Below are positions 60,132 to 64,000 of a stretch of DNA of 64,000 bases, in pieces. Under the pieces are notes generated by a model. That model searched no databases. It was not told where the DNA came from and saw only the letters and a program-made list of their open reading frames with translations. The stretch's first letter is position 1. Each line of letters starts with the position of its first letter. The DNA is from a virus (Duplodnaviria > Caudoviricetes): positions 90,765 to 154,764 of IMG/VR virus record IMGVR_UViG_2615840593_000003, one strand, 5' to 3'. The translations under genes were made by a program, and so were the position numbers.

Positions 60132-61141
60132 TTTCTCATCACCTTTGGTTTCTTCTTAGTGATCATTCTCAATGGTCTTACAACCGTGTACACCCCTTCC
60201 CACATGCTCTTGATATTAGCTCCTTTATCTACATGTCTAGAAATAATATTAGGAGGAGTATTCATTCTCCATAAGCCACCTATAATAATGCCCATCTGAA
60301 TCATGATATCCCATCCACTGTTAGGTAACTTAGTAGCAAATAACAATGTGCCAATTAATAATAGAAACACAGCGTATACCAATTGGGTTGATGCACATTT
60401 CTTAATATACTCCCACCAAGTATAAAATAAGTTTTCATGCGCCTTAAATACCCAACAAGCTAATGCTAATGGAGTCATAGCACCTAACGCCAATAGATCA
60501 AACCAACGACGAAAATTTTGTAAAAGTATCGGAATCAACATAGAAATCAACGCAATATCAAATCCAATTAAACCGATAACTTGTAGGAAAGTGACATCAT
60601 CTAATGCAATTTGACTAATCCCCTTATCCATTTGATGTTTGCCAAAGTTTAATATTATATCAGTTAGTTTATTCAGACCTTTAAATCCATAGTAAAATAT
60701 ACTAGGTGCTAACGCTGAACCTATTACTACTAAAGGGAAACGCTTAACTATTCGCTTCATATCTGAAAGATCTTTATTTTTAATTAAGTCACCAGACATT
60801 CGTTGAAACCCTTCATACATACAAATCAAAATTACCATGGCAATACTTAATCCACCGAATGTAACTACATTACTTTTAAACCAAACTGAACTGAACAAAA
60901 ATGAAGGAGTATGAAGAATAACTTTAGATAATGTTTCAAATACCCAAATAATTAAATCTGATGATATTTCAATAAGATTTTGCTTTATATTTTTGAACCA
61001 ATTTATGGTATCTGTTATGTCTTTTATTACGTTGTTTAAATCTTGCTTAGATTCTTCTGACACTGGATTAAATTTATCATACCATTTTGCAGATACTTCC
61101 ATTTGCTTGAATGATAAAACTGAAAATGGAACAGCGCACAT
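60128..61141 (-). CDS. polytopic membrane protein (VirB6/TrbL-like)
   Basis: About 6 TM segments, RWFDLLALGAMTPLALACW; start uncertain (ATG 61141 overlaps upstream stop; track ORF extends to 61354). Confidence 0.6.
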   Translation of the reverse strand: MCAVPFSVLSFKQMEVSAKWYDKFNPVSEESKQDLNNVIKDITDTINWFKNIKQNLIEISSDLIIWVFETLSKVILHTPSFLFSSVWFKSNVVTFGGLSIAMVILICMYEGFQRMSGDLIKNKDLSDMKRIVKRFPLVVIGSALAPSIFYYGFKGLNKLTDIILNFGKHQMDKGISQIALDDVTFLQVIGLIGFDIALISMLIPILLQNFRRWFDLLALGAMTPLALACWVFKAHENLFYTWWEYIKKCASTQLVYAVFLLLIGTLLFATKLPNSGWDIMIQMGIIIGGLWRMNTPPNIISRHVDKGANIKSMWEGVYTVVRPLRMITKKKPKVMRK

Positions 61142-61695
61142 TAAAAGAACGCTTCTAATCCATGGACGTTTTTGAATAGTAGAACGGTAAGGCTTGCTAA
61201 TATTAGGATTATTACAGGAGCTAATAACACTTGACCGAATCCTTTTATTATGTCTTCTGTCCACTGTTTTGATTTCACTTTGTTTCCTAACATCCAATAT
61301 ATCCCTGCAACAGACATTAGAATCATAGCTAATGCGACTGCTATTGTTCCGCAAGCTAAAATTAATTGCATCAGAATATCTATTATCTCTGGGGGAAGTA
61401 TTTCTATTGTTTTTGATGAGTCTAAGAGGGGTTGAAGTATTGACGCACTTGCATTCTGATTTGTATGTAGCAAAGGGATTAATGAAATGGATATCATCTG
61501 TAATGATTTCATTATCTTTAGTTGTGTTTTCTTTGGATGAATGTTCACCTCCTCTATTAATGATTCCATAAAAGAGAAAGAATCCTCCTTGCTAGAATAT
61601 TTAGATGACTTTACCCCATTAATACTCATTGTGCGAATCCCATCATTATAATTGAAACTTATTATTGTTTTTGTCACTCTTTTTCCCTCCTCCAT
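61141..61695 (-). CDS. two-TM membrane protein (VirB2/TrbC pilin-like C-terminus)
   Basis: AxA signal-like site, then TM-GNKVKSKQW-TM hairpin; likely GTG start at about 61677. Confidence 0.5.
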   Translation of the reverse strand: MEEGKRVTKTIISFNYNDGIRTMSINGVKSSKYSSKEDSFSFMESLIEEVNIHPKKTQLKIMKSLQMISISLIPLLHTNQNASASILQPLLDSSKTIEILPPEIIDILMQLILACGTIAVALAMILMSVAGIYWMLGNKVKSKQWTEDIIKGFGQVLLAPVIILILASLTVLLFKNVHGLEAFF

Positions 61696-61780
61696 GATAC
61701 CAATTCATCACCTTTGCCATTCCTACAAATCCAGTTAATGCAATTCCAACTTGACCTATTAAAACAACAATTCCACTCAC
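61646..61780 (-). CDS. small hydrophobic protein (44 aa, MSGIVVLIGQVGIALTGFVGMAKV...)
   Basis: AAAGGGGG RBS + GTG; one TM; first gene of the ftsK operon; not in ORF track. Confidence 0.55.
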   Translation of the reverse strand: MSGIVVLIGQVGIALTGFVGMAKVMNWYHGGGKKSDKNNNKFQL

Positions 61781-61855
61781 GATTATTCCCCCTTTTGTAT
61801 AAAATCATTTCGGTTGGGCAGATTAAGAATAAAAACCAGACAGGAGATTACTTCT

Positions 61856-62032
61856 ATGATTAGATCGTTTTACGATTGGTTACATGAACCTGAACCAGAT
61901 TGGAAAGTTAATTTAGAACAATGTGATACAAGTGTATTCCGTGTATTGAAAATGGAGAAAAGACAGGTGGAAGAAATATTAGAAGTACTACATGAGTTTG
62001 GAGTATTTGAAAAGGCAACTTCTGAAGAATGA
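61856..62032 (+). CDS. hypothetical protein
   Basis: CAGGAG RBS before MIRSFYDWL (track start 61814). Confidence 0.5.
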   Translation: MIRSFYDWLHEPEPDWKVNLEQCDTSVFRVLKMEKRQVEEILEVLHEFGVFEKATSEE

Positions 62033-62300
62033 TTTCTTGTTATTATCGAAACTGATGTATTAATTTCACATGATAAAATGCTAATTATCGCTGATAATTT
62101 GATTATTTGATAATTAGGTAAGACAAATTTTCTTATATGGTTAATGCCATATTATCTAAAATAAATTAAAAATATACCTTAACTTTTAAAAACAGTTTTG
62201 AGTTTTTATCTGTTATCCTGACTCTACCACATTGACATTATTGTAATGTGTTTTTTGTTTTAAATTATTTTGAACTTAATCGTAATTTATGTAGGCATGT

Positions 62301-62340
62301 TAAAAATAATTACAAATAATTAAAAATAATTTTAAATAAT
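62301..62340 (+). repeat. four phased 10-bp direct repeats TnnAAATAAT (parC/operator-like)
   Basis: taaaaataat tacaaataat taaaaataat tttaaataat. Confidence 0.6.
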
Positions 62341-62398
62341 TCAAACATATACTCTCCTCATATGACATAAATAATAAATATGGAGGGAGTGGTATGTC

Positions 62399-62611
62399 TT
62401 GGCGATAATCAGATCAGAGGAAGAAGCTGAACGTATAATTGAAGAACTACTGAAAAAAGGAAACGGAAAATACATCACTCAAAGCGTTTTATTTAAAAAA
62501 GATAGTCCCCAACAATTAGAATTGCTAAAGAATGTGTTAATGAGGTCTACTTCATTCGGGGCATATGCGAGAAAAGCGCTAATTGACTTCCTTGAAAATG
62601 AAAATAAATAA
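62399..62611 (+). CDS. ParR-like ribbon-helix-helix protein (short paralog)
   Basis: GKYITQSVLFKKDS..ELLK..STSF; similar to the 63692 product. Confidence 0.6.
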   Translation: MAIIRSEEEAERIIEELLKKGNGKYITQSVLFKKDSPQQLELLKNVLMRSTSFGAYARKALIDFLENENK

Positions 62612-62868
62612 AAGTATGACCATCTGCGTTCCATTACTATAAGTGACGTTTGATGGTTTTTGTTGTCTCAATCCCCTTCTAAATTAATTACTTTTAATAA
62701 AATCCCCATATTATCTAATTTTAAAGTCCTTAAAACCCAATGTTTACAAGGGTTTCGTAAATCAAAATAATTTAAAATAAGTCAAATAACTTTAAAATTT
62801 TACTCATTTTTATAAATCTTAGTCATAAGCTACATTAACATCAACAAATTGAGCGAAAGGGGATTTTA

Positions 62869-63705
62869 TTGAATAATACTATCGTAGGCGTGATCGCTAT
62901 CGATGACGGAGGCAATTCAACTTGCGTAGTGACTAAGGATATTAAAGAAAGCTTCCCTAGTGTAAAAGGTTATTACGGTAAAAGAAACCTAACTGAAATA
63001 AGACATAAGCATGATTTTATTGTTGATTATAAAGGTCAAAAATACGTTTGTGGAACGTTGGCTAAGTTTGATTGCACAATGCCTTTACAAATGCATACGA
63101 AGTCAAAACAACATGACTTTTATGACTTGTCCGTTTTAATTGCAATTCATCAATACGGTTACTTAGCAAATAATCTTGTTGTTTCTGTTCCTATTAAGAG
63201 CTACTCAACACAAGAAAGAGATGGTCGATTGCAACGCTTAAAAGGTTCACATACAATCACGATAAATGGAGTATCTAAAACTTTTTCCATCAATGATGTA
63301 AAAGTTGCACCTGAAACTGCGTCTGCCTTTTTCATTAACGAACCAAATGGTAAAACTAGGTATATTGATTTTGGATCACGTACCGTTGGTGTAGCTACAA
63401 CCTTAAAAGAAGATGATATTATTCGTTTTATCGATACAGAAAGTGATACGTACTTTGGAAAAGGACTTGAAGCATTAGACGGTAACTACAGTCCTAAAGG
63501 GTTGGCTGACTATGTATGTGGAATGGTTTCTAAAATGTGGGGTAAACATGACAAAGTATATCTTCTTGGAGGAGGAGCATTGGATGTTCAATTAGTTACT
63601 TACGTTAAAGAATTCTTTCCTAATGCGGAAGTGATGGATAATCCGAAAATGTGTAATGCTATTGGGATGTATAACTCTGGGAGGTCGGCATATGGGATAT
63701 CTTAG
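62869..63705 (+). CDS. parM: ParM/StbA-family actin-like ATPase
   Basis: IAIDDGG, SFPS, VAPE, IDFGSRT, LLGGGA, NAIG actin-fold motifs. Confidence 0.85.
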   Translation: MNNTIVGVIAIDDGGNSTCVVTKDIKESFPSVKGYYGKRNLTEIRHKHDFIVDYKGQKYVCGTLAKFDCTMPLQMHTKSKQHDFYDLSVLIAIHQYGYLANNLVVSVPIKSYSTQERDGRLQRLKGSHTITINGVSKTFSINDVKVAPETASAFFINEPNGKTRYIDFGSRTVGVATTLKEDDIIRFIDTESDTYFGKGLEALDGNYSPKGLADYVCGMVSKMWGKHDKVYLLGGGALDVQLVTYVKEFFPNAEVMDNPKMCNAIGMYNSGRSAYGIS

Positions 63706-64000
63706 ATCTGAAGAAGAAGCTGAGGCAATGATTGAAGAAATGAAGAGGAAGTCTAAAGGAAAGTACATCACACAGGGAGTCACTTTCAGCAAAGATAGTG
63801 AACGTCAAATGGAATTGTTGAAATACGCTCTTATGTATTCAACATCTTTTAGTGGATTGGGAAAAGAGCTGATTGCAGATAAATTTGAAAGTGAACTATC
63901 AAAGAATAAAATAAGAAATAACAACGCACAACAATCTAACACAGTTATTGATAATCCTGAAGTAGTTGAAAAGAAAGATACAGGAAATTTCCTTTTATAG
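63692..64000 (+). CDS. ParR-like adaptor (RHH + disordered C-terminal tail)
   Basis: GGGAGG RBS then MGYLRSEEEAE; overlaps parM end. Confidence 0.65.
   Translation: MGYLRSEEEAEAMIEEMKRKSKGKYITQGVTFSKDSERQMELLKYALMYSTSFSGLGKELIADKFESELSKNKIRNNNAQQSNTVIDNPEVVEKKDTGNFLL

Noticed and set aside
61142-61354. Long dual-coding overlap of the VirB6-like ORF with the pilin-like gene
   Set aside because: A TAATG-coupled start at 61141 is simpler; the upstream extension has no clear RBS, so the start remains uncertain
1-64000. CRISPR array, tRNA, rRNA, reverse transcriptase/DGR
   Set aside because: No repeat-spacer array, cloverleaf, RT motif or template/variable repeat pair seen by eye

Overview
AT-rich segment of a large SPbeta-like temperate siphophage (prophage or phage-plasmid) of a Bacillales host, almost all on the + strand. 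Order: CoiA-like nuclease and YonO-type single-subunit RNA polymerase; HU-like and YonK-like proteins and a metallophosphoesterase; terminase, portal, scaffold and capsid; head-tail and tail-tube genes; a tyrosine recombinase and an accessory island (antirepressor, two XRE regulators, lipoprotein); the tape-measure gene; Dit, Tal/spike, PAAR-like protein and lectin-domain tail appendage genes; holin and M15 endolysin. The window ends with a minus-strand FtsK/SpoIIIE plus membrane-protein operon next to a ParM/ParR-like partition locus with 10-bp iterons. The tape-measure gene (about 3018 aa when spliced) is split by two group I introns (27787-28061 and 28143-30544) around an 81-nt exon. Intron 2 carries a zinc-ribbon-repeat endonuclease with its own promoter, a structured leader that can mask its RBS, and a terminator. 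Two strand-polar motifs run through the window. TCCCCT(AC) occurs about 30 times on + and once on - (manual count) and is independent of reading frame and gene direction; it is a candidate guide sequence for the element's own FtsK, whose gamma domain is divergent. AATACATA occurs at about 24 gene junctions. All counts were made by eye and product names are motif- or synteny-based; no searches were run.
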